Of a stretch of DNA of 64,000 nt, positions 15,235 to 26,607 are shown piece after piece (within the stretch, counting starts at the first letter, position 1; each line of letters begins with the position of its first letter). Under the pieces are notes generated by a model. The model did not search any database. It saw only the letters and a list, made by a program, of their open reading frames with translations, and was not told the origin of the DNA. A program made the position numbers and the translations under genes. Source of the stretch: Gemmatimonadota bacterium (GTDB lineage: Bacteria; Gemmatimonadota; Gemmatimonadetes; Palauibacterales; Palauibacteraceae); the NCBI GenBank assembly GCA_046757885.1, contig JBHHZD010000008.1, forward strand, positions 4,363 to 68,362. The letters are read 5' to 3'.

Positions 15235-16113
15235 CTATGCGTCTGTGCGGGCCGTCTCGAGCGCGGCCGTCAGGTCGAGGGCCCGGCGGACCTCGGCGAC
15301 GTCGTGCACGCGGAAGAGACGGGCGCCACGCACATACGCCGCCACGCAGGCGGCGACCGTGCCTTCCACCCGCTCGTCGAGGGGGAGGCCGAGCGTCTCG
15401 CCGATGAAGGACTTGCGCGAGGGTCCCACGAGCACCGGGTATCCCAGCTCCGCGATCGCGTCGATCTTCCCCAGGAGCTCCAGGCTCCCCCGGGCGGATT
15501 TCCCGAAGCCGATCCCCGGGTCGATGACGAGCTGGCCGGGCTCGCATCCGCGCCGGATCGCTTCGTCCGTCGCCGCCCGCAGGGCCTCCGCGACCTCGCC
15601 GACGAGGTCCGCGTAGGCCACGTCGGACTGCATCGTCCGCGGGTTTCCGCGCATGTGCATGAGCACGAGACCGGCTCCGCTCGCCCCGGCGAGATCCCCG
15701 ATCGCCGGATCGGCCCGCAGGCCCGACACGTCGTTCAGGATGCAGGCGCCCGCCTCCAGCGCGCGCCGCGCGACCTCCGACTTCGACGTGTCCACCGAGA
15801 CGCGGGATCCCCCCACCGCCAGGGCCTCCACGACGGGACCGATCCGGCACCACTCTTCCGCCGCACCCACTTCTGGAGCGCCGGGCCGCGTGGATTCACC
15901 ACCCACGTCGATGACGTCGGCCCCCTCCGCCTCCATCTCGGCCGCCCGCGCGAGGGCCGCGTCCGGGGCGAGGTATCGGCCCCCGTCCGAAAACGAATCC
16001 GGCGTGCAGTTGAGGATCCCGATCAGGAGCGGGCGGGCGAGCGAGAGCGACCCTTCGCGGACGTGCCACCGCTGCGCGCCGACCCCCCCCCCGGCGGCGA
16101 TCGCGGCCCGCAC
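15235..16113 (-). CDS. folP: Dihydropteroate synthase
   Basis: GILNCTPDSFSDGG, DVGGESTRPG, IDPGIGFGK, GPSRKSF, RVHDV. Confidence 0.96.
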   Translation of the reverse strand: MRAAIAAGGGVGAQRWHVREGSLSLARPLLIGILNCTPDSFSDGGRYLAPDAALARAAEMEAEGADVIDVGGESTRPGAPEVGAAEEWCRIGPVVEALAVGGSRVSVDTSKSEVARRALEAGACILNDVSGLRADPAIGDLAGASGAGLVLMHMRGNPRTMQSDVAYADLVGEVAEALRAATDEAIRRGCEPGQLVIDPGIGFGKSARGSLELLGKIDAIAELGYPVLVGPSRKSFIGETLGLPLDERVEGTVAACVAAYVRGARLFRVHDVAEVRRALDLTAALETARTDA

Positions 16114-16120
16114 GGCCGCC

Positions 16121-18109
<1,989 letters not shown>

Positions 18110-18149
18110 CCTGTCGTCACTTCACGTGTCGCCTGCCCGTCACGAGCGC

Positions 18150-18755
18150 TCAGATGCTCGCGACGTACGGCAGGTGTCGGAAGTCCTCCGCGTGGTCGAG
18201 GCCGTACCCGACGAGGAACTCGGTGGGGGCATCGAATCCGACCCAGCGCGGCTCGAGCTCGAGCGCCGGGGCGACATGCTTGTGGAGGAGTGCGCACACC
18301 TCGAGGGAAGCGGGTCGCCTCTCGCGCAGTGCCTCCGCGAGCCGGTTGATCGTGTTTCCGCTGTCCACGATGTCCTCCACGAGAACCAGGTGCCGTCCCT
18401 CGATCGGCGCCGTCGGATTGTAGAGGAGGCGCACGTCCCCGGAGCTCGTCGTGCCCGCGCCATAGCTCGACGCGACGACGAAGTCGATGTGCAGCGGCCG
18501 CTCGATCCAGCGCACGAGGTCGCTGAGAAAGATGAACGAGCCCTTGAGCAGCCCGAGGACGAGGAGACTCTCGTCCGCCGGATAGTGGCCCGTGATCTCC
18601 TCGCCCATCTCCCGCACCCGGGCCGCGATCTCCTCCTGCGTGAACACGATCCGCTTCAACGACCGTCCGCCCGTCCGGCCCGGGTTCAGGTCGGTCGCCT
18701 GGCCCGAATCAGCCACGCGCTGTGAGGCCGAGCTCGACAACGATGCGGTCTCCAT
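18150..18755 (-). CDS. hpt: Hypoxanthine phosphoribosyltransferase
   Basis: LLKGSFIF, LVEDIVDSGNT, FLVGYGLD. Start may be GTG 18716. Confidence 0.95.
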   Translation of the reverse strand: METASLSSSASQRVADSGQATDLNPGRTGGRSLKRIVFTQEEIAARVREMGEEITGHYPADESLLVLGLLKGSFIFLSDLVRWIERPLHIDFVVASSYGAGTTSSGDVRLLYNPTAPIEGRHLVLVEDIVDSGNTINRLAEALRERRPASLEVCALLHKHVAPALELEPRWVGFDAPTEFLVGYGLDHAEDFRHLPYVASI

Positions 18756-20097
18756 GATCCTCCCGTGTCTCCAGCTCGCGATCCCTGGCCATCCCGGCGA
18801 CCCACAGCACGCGACCCGTTCCGTCCGCCAGCACCGGCACCTCGGATCTGGCCGACCTCGGCACGCGCCGATCGCCGAAGAGCTTCTTCAGCTTACGAGA
18901 CCCGGCCGCGAGCCGGATGCGGTCCCCCGGCCGCCAGCCGCGGATCTCGTAGGGATAATGACCGCCGCGCACGGGGACGGCAATCCGGCGCTCGCCCACG
19001 TCCACCCAGCTTCCGACGGACCACCGCACGCGATAGGTCGCCGCGCCGAGCCGGAGCCGCGCCGATCCCTCCCCCGGCATCCGGATCAGGACGGATTCCT
19101 CCGCCCCGTCCGCGGTCCCGTCTCCGAGCAGGAGCACGTCGTATTCGCGCCCCAGCCACAGCCCACCTCCGATGTCCACGGAGGACCCGCTGCGGCCCCG
19201 CGTGATAAACGCCTCTCCGACCCGGGTTCCGCCGCGGGTCAGGCGCACCCCCATTCGCCGGGCCGCGATCCGGAGCGCGCGGGCCCTCAGCTCCGGATGC
19301 GCGTCGGTCAGGCGATGCCGGTCGAGCCGCAGGGGCGGGGCCTTCGATTCTCGCGGTGTTCCGACGGCCCGGACGGCGAGGTCGAGCGTCCGCGCGGCCG
19401 CTCTGTCGAGCCGACGGTCCAAGGCTCGGGCCCTGTCGGCGAGCTCGAGGATGCGCGCATGGATGCCCGGGCCGTGCGCGTCGACGAGAGCCGGAAGCAC
19501 GCGAGTTCGCACTCGACCTCTCGCCCACCGGGGATCGCGGTTCGAGGGATCGTCGAGACACTCGATGCCTTCCGCCGACAGGAACTCGCGGAGCGCCGCC
19601 CGGCGGAAGCTCAGAAGCGGGCGCACGATCCGGCCGCGCCGCTCCGGGATGCCCGCGAGGCCCCGCAGCCCGGTGCCGCGGGCGGCGCGCAGAAGCACGG
19701 TCTCCACCTGATCGTCTGCGTGATGGCCGGTCGCGATCCGCCTCGCCCCCTGCCGTTCGGCGACCCGACTCAGGAAGTCGTAGCGCGCCGCCCGGAACGC
19801 CGCCTGGGTGGCCGGCAGACGGTCGGCGGGGGCACCGATCTCGCAGGCCACTCCGAGGTCTGCCGCCCAAGCACGGACCCGTTCGGCGTCCGCCGCGCTC
19901 TCCGGCTGGGCCCGGTGGTCGAAGTGCGCCGCCACGATCCGCAGGCCCCTTCGATCCGTCTCACCGAGGAGCAGGTGCAGCAGAGCCATCGAGTCGCCCC
20001 CCCCGGAGAGCGCCACGAGAACACATCGGTTCGGGGGCAGGAGGTCGGGTCGGCGATCGAGCCGCCGCGAGAATCGCTCTCTCAGATTCGCCTGCAC
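18709..20097 (-). CDS. tilS: tRNA(Ile)-lysidine synthetase
   Basis: SGGGDS PP-loop, GHHADDQVET, RPLL, DPSN, and a C-terminal domain (RKLKKLF). Confidence 0.93.
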   Translation of the reverse strand: MQANLRERFSRRLDRRPDLLPPNRCVLVALSGGGDSMALLHLLLGETDRRGLRIVAAHFDHRAQPESAADAERVRAWAADLGVACEIGAPADRLPATQAAFRAARYDFLSRVAERQGARRIATGHHADDQVETVLLRAARGTGLRGLAGIPERRGRIVRPLLSFRRAALREFLSAEGIECLDDPSNRDPRWARGRVRTRVLPALVDAHGPGIHARILELADRARALDRRLDRAAARTLDLAVRAVGTPRESKAPPLRLDRHRLTDAHPELRARALRIAARRMGVRLTRGGTRVGEAFITRGRSGSSVDIGGGLWLGREYDVLLLGDGTADGAEESVLIRMPGEGSARLRLGAATYRVRWSVGSWVDVGERRIAVPVRGGHYPYEIRGWRPGDRIRLAAGSRKLKKLFGDRRVPRSARSEVPVLADGTGRVLWVAGMARDRELETREDHGDRIVVELGLTARG

Positions 20098-20149
20098 GGC
20101 GGTCCTTCCCGCGGACGGAACCCGGTCTCTCGGCCGCTCTGCGACGCGA

Positions 20150-20374
20150 TCAGGGGGAGCGGCGGACGTCCCCGATCTTCGTCCGCCAGATCCCCGCGCT
20201 ACGATGGAAGTCGAGCCGATCAGGGACGGCGATGGCTCTCCGGAGGAGGGGCCCTGCGCCGGCCGTGCCCTCTCCCGTTCCGGCGGGATGCTCCCGGGCT
20301 CCCGCCTCCGGCTCCGGAGGTCCGGCGGCGTGCCGACCCTCGACGTAGTCCCGCAGGGCCTGTCTCCAGTCCAT
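20150..20374 (-). CDS. Small hypothetical ORF or gene remnant directly after frr
   Basis: ATG follows the frr TAG immediately, with GGAGG upstream. N-terminal amphipathic helix MDWRQALRDYVEGRH, then low-complexity sequence. Confidence 0.3.
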   Translation of the reverse strand: MDWRQALRDYVEGRHAAGPPEPEAGAREHPAGTGEGTAGAGPLLRRAIAVPDRLDFHRSAGIWRTKIGDVRRSP

Positions 20375-20932
20375 CTAGACCTCCATCACCTCGGCTTCCT
20401 TCTTCGCCAGCAGCTCGTCGACGCGGCCGATGTGGTCGTCCGTCAGCTTCTGCAGATCCTCGAACTGCTTGTGCAGGTCGTCCTCCCCGAACTCCCCTTC
20501 TTTCTGCCTCTTCTGGAGCGTGGAGCGGGCCTGGTGGCGGGCGTGCCGGACGGCCACCCGCACCTCCTCGGCGAGGCGGTGGAGCACCTTCACGAGCTCG
20601 CGGCGTCGCTCCTCGGTCAGCGGCGGGATCGCCACGCGGATGAGGTTTCCGTCGACGCTAGGGTTCAGACCCAGGTCGGAGGACTGCACCGCCTTCGCGA
20701 TGGCGGAGGCCATCTGCGGATCGTACGGCTGGATGAGCAGCAGCTGGGGCTCCGGTGCCGTGATGTTGGAGAGCTGATTCAACGGCATGGTGGATCCGTA
20801 CGCTTCCACCCGAACGGCGTCGAGGATGGCCGGCGAGGCCTTGCCGGTCCGCACGGCGCTGAACTCCCTGCCGAGCGCCTCCAGGCTCCGGGCCATCTGG
20901 CGGGCGGCCTCCCGCAGCGTCTCGTTGGGCAT
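20375..20932 (-). CDS. frr: Ribosome recycling factor
   Basis: VRTGKAS, YGSTMPL, IPPLTEERR, KKEAEVM. Confidence 0.96.
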   Translation of the reverse strand: MPNETLREAARQMARSLEALGREFSAVRTGKASPAILDAVRVEAYGSTMPLNQLSNITAPEPQLLLIQPYDPQMASAIAKAVQSSDLGLNPSVDGNLIRVAIPPLTEERRRELVKVLHRLAEEVRVAVRHARHQARSTLQKRQKEGEFGEDDLHKQFEDLQKLTDDHIGRVDELLAKKEAEVMEV

Positions 20933-20943
20933 TCGTTCAACCC

Positions 20944-21657
20944 TCAGGTCACGAGCGTTCCGATGCGATCGCCGGACAGAGCGGCCAGGATCGCTCCCGG
21001 CTCCCGGATGTTCAGCACGAGCACGGGCAGCTGGTTCTCCTTGCACAGGGAGATCGCGGCCGCATCCATGACGTCGAGCTCGCGCGTCATCACGTCGAGG
21101 TACGAGATCTCCGGGATGAACTCGGCGTTCGGGTCCGTCTCCGGATCCGACGAGAACACGCCGTCGACCTTCGTGGCCTTCAGGATGACGTCCGCCTCCA
21201 TCTCGATCGCCCGGAGCACGGCCGCCGTATCCGTCGAAAAATACGGATTCCCCGTGCCTCCGGCGAACAGCACGACCCGGCCCTTTTCCAGGTGGCGCAG
21301 CGCGCGGCGACGGATGTAGGGCTCGGCCAGCTCTTCCATGCGGATAGCCGTGAGCACGCGCGTCTCGATGTCGTGGCGCTCGAGCATGTCCTGCAGGGCG
21401 AGCGCGTTGATCACCGTCGCGAGCATTCCCATGTAGTCCGCCGACACCCGGTCCATCCCCTGCTCGCTCGCGACGGCGCCGCGCACGATGTTCCCGCCCC
21501 CGATGACGAGTCCCAGCTTCACGCCCGCGTCGTGGACCTCTCCGATCTCCTTCGTGAGCTGCGCCACGACCGGCGGGGCGATTCCGAACCCCTGATCGCC
21601 GGCCAGCGACTCGCCGGAGATCTTCACGAGCGCCCGGGGATACTTGAGATCCTTCAC
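20944..21657 (-). CDS. pyrH: UMP kinase
   Basis: [27 protein letters not shown]. Confidence 0.97.
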   Translation of the reverse strand: MKDLKYPRALVKISGESLAGDQGFGIAPPVVAQLTKEIGEVHDAGVKLGLVIGGGNIVRGAVASEQGMDRVSADYMGMLATVINALALQDMLERHDIETRVLTAIRMEELAEPYIRRRALRHLEKGRVVLFAGGTGNPYFSTDTAAVLRAIEMEADVILKATKVDGVFSSDPETDPNAEFIPEISYLDVMTRELDVMDAAAISLCKENQLPVLVLNIREPGAILAALSGDRIGTLVT

Positions 21658-21668
21658 GACGTCTCCTC

Positions 21669-22523
21669 CTAGGTCCCGATCTCGAAGCGGACGAACCGGC
21701 TGACCGTAAGATCGTCTCCCTGGCGCGCGAGAAGGTCCGCGATCGTCACGTCCGGGTCCTTCACGAAGCTCTGCATGAGGAGCGTGCTCTGCTCGTAGAA
21801 CTTCCGCATGCGGCCCTCGACGATCCTCTCCACGATCGGCTCGGGCTTGCCCTCCGCGCGCGTTTGCTCGGTGAGGACCGAGCGCTCTCTCTCCCGCTCC
21901 TCCTCCGGGATGTCATCCGGCGACACCCCGACCGGATTCGCGGCGGCGACGTGCATCGCGACCTCTCGCGCCAGGTCAGCGTCGGGCGACGCGTCAGCGG
22001 GTCCCGCCAGTTCGACGATGACCCCGATCCGGTTACCGAAGTGGACGTAGGAGCCCAGCGTCCGGCCGGCCGCCCCGGCGTACCGGACGCACCGGCGGAG
22101 CTCGACGTTCTCTCCGATCCGAGACCGCAGATCCTCGAGCTCCGTCCGAAGACCCTCCGCGCCGGCAGCCCCGAGCAGGGCTTCGCCGTCCACGATCTCT
22201 CCGTCGGCAAGATCGGCCGCGACCGCGAACGCCGCCAGCCTGTCGCCAAGATCCAGGAACTCCTGGTTCCGGGCGACGAAATCCGTCTCGCTCGAGAGCT
22301 CCACGAGCGCGGCTCCTCCCTCACCGGCCGCCAGGCGAACGGCTCCCTCCGTGGCCGAGCGCCCCGCCCGCTTCGCCGCCTTGGCCGCTCCTCGCTGCCG
22401 CAGCAGATCGATCGCACGCTCTTCGTCACCCCCGACCTCGAGAAGGGCGCGCTTGCAGTCCATCATGCCCGCGCCCGTCCGGTCCCGCAAAGACTTCACC
22501 GCCGCCGCCGTGATCTCCACCAT
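21669..22523 (-). CDS. tsf: Elongation factor Ts
   Basis: [33 protein letters not shown] at 22523 follows GGAGG. Confidence 0.97.
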   Translation of the reverse strand: MVEITAAAVKSLRDRTGAGMMDCKRALLEVGGDEERAIDLLRQRGAAKAAKRAGRSATEGAVRLAAGEGGAALVELSSETDFVARNQEFLDLGDRLAAFAVAADLADGEIVDGEALLGAAGAEGLRTELEDLRSRIGENVELRRCVRYAGAAGRTLGSYVHFGNRIGVIVELAGPADASPDADLAREVAMHVAAANPVGVSPDDIPEEERERERSVLTEQTRAEGKPEPIVERIVEGRMRKFYEQSTLLMQSFVKDPDVTIADLLARQGDDLTVSRFVRFEIGT

Positions 22524-22585
22524 CGATCCTCCGTGCCTTTCCGCACCCGGGACATCCGCCGTCTCCGCAACGGCGCACATCAGTC

Positions 22586-22614
22586 AAAAAAAAAGGCCAC
22601 CGAAGTGGCCTTTC
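22586..22614 (-). terminator. Intrinsic terminator between rpsB and tsf
   Basis: GAAAGGCCAC-TTCG-GTGGCC followed by T9. Confidence 0.85.
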
Positions 22615-22618
22615 GCGC

Positions 22619-23650
22619 TCACGTCGTCTCGGAGCCGTCGGCCTCCTCCGTCTCCTCGCCCGGCCCATCCACAGCCGCCGCCACGACCTCCTCGTCCTGC
22701 CGCTCCGCATCGCCGCCCTCCGGCTCGACGGCCGTCGCCTCCACGTCCGAGGCCGCCTCCGCCTCGGGCTCGGGCTCCGCGTCGGCCGGCGCCTCGGGAG
22801 ATTCCTTCGGCTCCTCCTCCGAGGGATGGCGGCGCCGCGCGATGACCTCCGGCTTCGGTCGGCGCCGCGGCCGGCTCTTCTTCCGATGCGGGGCAATCTC
22901 CTCGGACTCGCCCACGTCCGAGGAATAGGTGTACGCCTGCTCGTCCTCGCCCTCGCGCGCCTCGGGGGCCTCCCGCAGGGCGACCTCGATGACGTCGGCG
23001 ATGGAGCGCGTGATGAGCGACACGGATCGGATGGCGTCGTCGTTGCCCGCGATCGGGATCGTGAGCTGATCCGGATCCGCATTCGTGTCCGCGATTGCGA
23101 CGACGGGGACGCCCAGCCGGTTCGCCTCGCGAACGGCGATCTCCTCCTTCTTCGCGTCCACGACGAACACGAGGCCGGGCACCCTGACCATGTCCTTGAT
23201 CCCGGAGAGGTAGCGCTCGAGCTTCTGCCGCTCACGCTCCAGGAGCAGGCGCTCCTTCTTCGTATAGAACTCGAACACGCCCTCCTCGACGCCCCTCTCC
23301 AGCTCCTTGAGACGCCGGATGTTCTTCTTGATCGTCTGGAAGTTCGTCAGCATGCCGCCGAGCCAGCGCTCGGTGACGTAGAAGGCCCCGCAGCGCTCCG
23401 CCTCCGTGCGAACGATGTCCGCGAGCTGCGGCTTCGTGCAGACGAACAGGACCCGCTGGCCGCCGCCGACGATCTCCCGCACGAGCTCCCGCGCACGGTT
23501 CAGCTCGCGGAGCGTCTTCTTCAGATCGATGAGGTAGATGCCGCCCCGCTCGGCGAAGATGTACTTGCGCATCTTCGGGTTCCAGCGATGCGTCTGATGG
23601 CCGAAGTGCACTCCAGCCTGCAGGAGATCCTTGAGTCCGACGTCCGCCAT
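22619..23650 (-). CDS. rpsB: 30S ribosomal protein S2 with long basic/acidic C-terminal tail
   Basis: AGVHFGH, WNPKM, RWLGGMLTN, DTNADP, GNDDA. Confidence 0.98.
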   Translation of the reverse strand: MADVGLKDLLQAGVHFGHQTHRWNPKMRKYIFAERGGIYLIDLKKTLRELNRARELVREIVGGGQRVLFVCTKPQLADIVRTEAERCGAFYVTERWLGGMLTNFQTIKKNIRRLKELERGVEEGVFEFYTKKERLLLERERQKLERYLSGIKDMVRVPGLVFVVDAKKEEIAVREANRLGVPVVAIADTNADPDQLTIPIAGNDDAIRSVSLITRSIADVIEVALREAPEAREGEDEQAYTYSSDVGESEEIAPHRKKSRPRRRPKPEVIARRRHPSEEEPKESPEAPADAEPEPEAEAASDVEATAVEPEGGDAERQDEEVVAAAVDGPGEETEEADGSETT

Positions 23651-23694
23651 GCGTTGCCTTTCCGCTGTGTGGAGCCCTGACCGGGCGCGCGTCC

Positions 23695-24090
23695 TTACCG
23701 CTTCGAGAACTGGAACCGCTTGCGAGCCTTCGGCCGACCGGGCTTCTTTCGCTCCACGACACGGGGATCGCGGGTGAGCAGGTCGTGCGACCGCAGGAGG
23801 CCGCGGCGTTCCTCGTCGTCGGCCAGCAGGGCCCGAGCGACGGCGAGTCGGACGGCCTCCGCCTGCCCCGTCGGCCCACCACCCCGCACGCGTACGCGGA
23901 CGTCGAACGCCGCCTCGGTATCCGTCACGACCAGGGGCTTCGTGATCTCCGACCTGTGTCTCATCAAGGGGAAGTAGTCGTCCAGCTCGCGCCCGTTGAT
24001 CTTCCAGGACCCTCCGCCCTGCCTCAACGAGACGCGGGCCACGGCGGACTTTCTCCGTCCGACCGCCTGTACCGGCTTCGCTTCCGTCAT
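23695..24090 (-). CDS. rpsI: 30S ribosomal protein S9
   Basis: GRRKSAVARV, GGGPTGQA, ERKKPG...FQFSKR. Confidence 0.98.
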   Translation of the reverse strand: MTEAKPVQAVGRRKSAVARVSLRQGGGSWKINGRELDDYFPLMRHRSEITKPLVVTDTEAAFDVRVRVRGGGPTGQAEAVRLAVARALLADDEERRGLLRSHDLLTRDPRVVERKKPGRPKARKRFQFSKR

Positions 24091-24130
24091 CTCCCTCCCT
24101 CGATCTCGAATCGGCTCCGGCGCCGGGCGC

Positions 24131-24559
24131 CTAGAGCTCGAGAGCCCTCGGCGACTGGGGCCCGTGCGGATGCTCCGGACCCGCGTACACGCGGAGCTTC
24201 TTCGCCATCTGCCTTCCGAGCTTGTTCTTCGGAAGCATGCCCTTGACCGCCCGCTCGATGATGCGCTCCGGGTGCGTGGCCCGGAGCTTCTCGAACGGCA
24301 CGAACCGCTCGCCGCCCATGTACCCGCTGTGGCGGAAGTACTTCTTCTGCATCGCCTTGCGACCCGTGAGCCGGACGTCCCGGGCGTTGATGACCACGAC
24401 GTAGTCCCCCACATCCAGGTGAGGGCTGAACGTGGGCTTGTGCTTGCCCCGCAGGATCGATGCGATGCCGCTCGCGAGCCGGCCGAGCGTTCGATCGCGA
24501 GCATCGACCAGGAACCACTCCCGCTCGATCTCGCCCGCCTTTACCGTGTACGTCTTCAT
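24131..24559 (-). CDS. rplM: 50S ribosomal protein L13
   Basis: [29 protein letters not shown]. Confidence 0.98.
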   Translation of the reverse strand: MKTYTVKAGEIEREWFLVDARDRTLGRLASGIASILRGKHKPTFSPHLDVGDYVVVINARDVRLTGRKAMQKKYFRHSGYMGGERFVPFEKLRATHPERIIERAVKGMLPKNKLGRQMAKKLRVYAGPEHPHGPQSPRALEL

Positions 24560-24625
24560 TCCACGCCCATCGCAATCCCCGCGGGAGCCCTGCGGGATCC
24601 CGTCACGCACTTCGTGTAGGGGGGT

Positions 24626-24663
24626 AAAAAACGAACCGCCCGACCGGGATGCCGGGGGGCGGC
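24626..24663 (-). promoter_or_regulatory. Terminator-like hairpin in the rplM leader
   Basis: GCCGCCCCCCGG-CATC-CCGGTCGGGCGGT then TCGTTTTTT, between the promoter and rplM. Confidence 0.55.
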
Positions 24664-24688
24664 GGATCCGATCCACTAGCAGCCAAGA

Positions 24689-24717
24689 AAGCTAGTGGTC
24701 ACCTTCCGGGGTGTCAA
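24689..24717 (-). promoter_or_regulatory. sigma70 promoter of rplM-rpsI-rpsB
   Basis: TTGACA, 17 nt, TAGCTT. Confidence 0.8.
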
Positions 24718-24780
24718 GCTACATGCGGCGATCTCGCGCATCGGGCGCCGGGACGAGTTCCTCGTCCGCGCGGCCCCGGC

Positions 24781-25635
24781 TCAGTCTCCGAGGAAGCTCG
24801 CGAGCGCGGCTCCCGAGGCGCCCAGGCGAAGCCGGGTCAGCGCCCGATCCTTGATCTGCCGCACGCGCTCCCGACTCACGCCGAGCTGCGTCCCGATGGC
24901 CTCCAGCGTCTTCGGCTCCCCCTCCTCGAGCCCGAAGTAGAGCCGCAGGATCATCGCCTCCCGCTCCGGCAGGTGCGTGAGGCTCGCCTCCAGGGCGTCG
25001 CGCAGGGCGGCCCTCTCGGCGTCCTCGTCCGGATCGACTTCCGTGTCGTCGGGAATCACGTCAAGCATGCGCGTGTCCGAGCTCGTCTCCACGGGAGCGT
25101 CCAGCGACAGGTAGCCCCCGCGGGAGGCCAGAGCTTCGCGCACCTGATCCGTCGGCAGATCCAGCTCCGCCGCGATCTCCCCGACGGACGCGGGGCGGCC
25201 GAGCCGCTGCGTGAGCGCCCGGGATTCACGGAGGATGCGGTTCGTCCGGTCGATGCGTCCGGCCGGCACGCGTACGATCCGGGACTGCTCGGCGATGGCC
25301 TGGAGAATGGCCTGCCGGATCCACCATACGGCGTAGCTGATGAACCGTACGCCGCGCGTCTCGTCGAACTTCTCGGCCGCCCGGATGAGTCCGAGGTTCC
25401 CCTCGTTCACGAGGTCGGCCAGAGCGACGCCGTGGTTCCGATACCGCTTCGCGACGGCGACGACGAACCGCAGGTTCGCGGCCACGAGCTCGCGCAGCGC
25501 CTCCCGGTCACCCTCGCGGATCCGGCGCGCGAGCCGCGCCTCGGCGTCCCGATCGAGCAGCGGGTGCGCACCGATCTCGCGGAGGTAGAGATCCAGCGAC
25601 TCGGAGGCAGGATCCGGTCGTCTCTCGGTCATCAC
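24781..25635 (-). CDS. RNA polymerase sigma70-family factor (RpoD/RpoS-like, no region 1.1)
   Basis: SLDLYLREIG, ANLRFVV, EGNLGLIRAAEKFD, YAVWWIRQAI, SRERVRQI. Confidence 0.95.
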   Translation of the reverse strand: MMTERRPDPASESLDLYLREIGAHPLLDRDAEARLARRIREGDREALRELVAANLRFVVAVAKRYRNHGVALADLVNEGNLGLIRAAEKFDETRGVRFISYAVWWIRQAILQAIAEQSRIVRVPAGRIDRTNRILRESRALTQRLGRPASVGEIAAELDLPTDQVREALASRGGYLSLDAPVETSSDTRMLDVIPDDTEVDPDEDAERAALRDALEASLTHLPEREAMILRLYFGLEEGEPKTLEAIGTQLGVSRERVRQIKDRALTRLRLGASGAALASFLGD

Positions 25636-25671
25636 CTCGCCCGCGTCGTGAGCCTCGCCCGGCGGCCGGGC

Positions 25672-26439
25672 TCACCGAATCGTGTTCAGCAGCCGTCCCC
25701 AGCGAATCTCGGTGAGCCAGGGAAAAGGCGCCATCATTCCCCGGTCGTAGGAAAAATAAATGATGAGCGGCCGACCCCTGATGGCGTCGGCGGGAACGAA
25801 TCCCCAGTATCGGGAGTCTTCCGAGTTGTCCCGGTTGTCCCCCATGGCGAAGTAGCTGCCGTCGGCGACGACGATGGGTCCCCAGTTGTCCCGCGTCGGG
25901 CGATACTCCTGCGCCCGCCGGCCATCCTCCACGAGGTAGCGCCGCTGCCAGTCGAACTTGGCGTCGTGCGGATCCTCGAAGCTCCTCGTGTGCCGCACGT
26001 AGGGCTCCCTCACCTTCTCGCCGTTCCGGTACAGGACGCCGTTCGCCATGTAGAGGGTGTCACCGGGGATGCCGACGATCCTCTTCACGTAGTTGGTGTG
26101 CGGGCGCTGTCCCGCCGCCGGCGGTGGCTCGAAGACGACGATGTCGCCCCTCGCGGGCTCGTCGAGCGCCGGGAGGCGGACGTCCGTGCCCGGGATCTCC
26201 GCTCCGTACACCATCTTGTTCACGAGCAGGAAGTCGCCCACGAGAAGCGTGTTCTCCATGGAGCCCGTCGGGATCTGGAACGCCTCGACGACGAACGTGC
26301 GCACGAGGAGGAAGAGGACGAACGCGACCGCGATGGACTTCGTCCACTCCCACAGCCATCGTCCCACCGATCCGGATTCCGTGCCGCCCGTAGCCGGCGC
26401 CGCCTTCTCCTCCACCTTCTTCTTCCCGGGTCCCTTCAT
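25672..26439 (-). CDS. lepB: Signal peptidase I
   Basis: IPTGSMENTL, YVKRIVG, GDNRDNSEDSRYWG. Confidence 0.96.
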   Translation of the reverse strand: MKGPGKKKVEEKAAPATGGTESGSVGRWLWEWTKSIAVAFVLFLLVRTFVVEAFQIPTGSMENTLLVGDFLLVNKMVYGAEIPGTDVRLPALDEPARGDIVVFEPPPAAGQRPHTNYVKRIVGIPGDTLYMANGVLYRNGEKVREPYVRHTRSFEDPHDAKFDWQRRYLVEDGRRAQEYRPTRDNWGPIVVADGSYFAMGDNRDNSEDSRYWGFVPADAIRGRPLIIYFSYDRGMMAPFPWLTEIRWGRLLNTIR

Positions 26440-26607
26440 GTCCCTCCCTGCTCTTTCGAAGTGCGAGCCTCCCTACCCCCTGCCCGCAGGGTGCGTTCCT
26501 CGCGCATCGCCCGGCAATGCCGGCCGCCCACCCCGGCGGGCACGAACCTGGCTCTTTCCATCATCCCCACGTCAACGGCGCCCGGCGGTCCCTCGCGCCC
26601 GGTCGCC

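Noticed and set aside
22619-22990. Long acidic tail on S2
   Set aside because: Disordered C-terminal extensions of S2 are common in many GC-rich bacteria.
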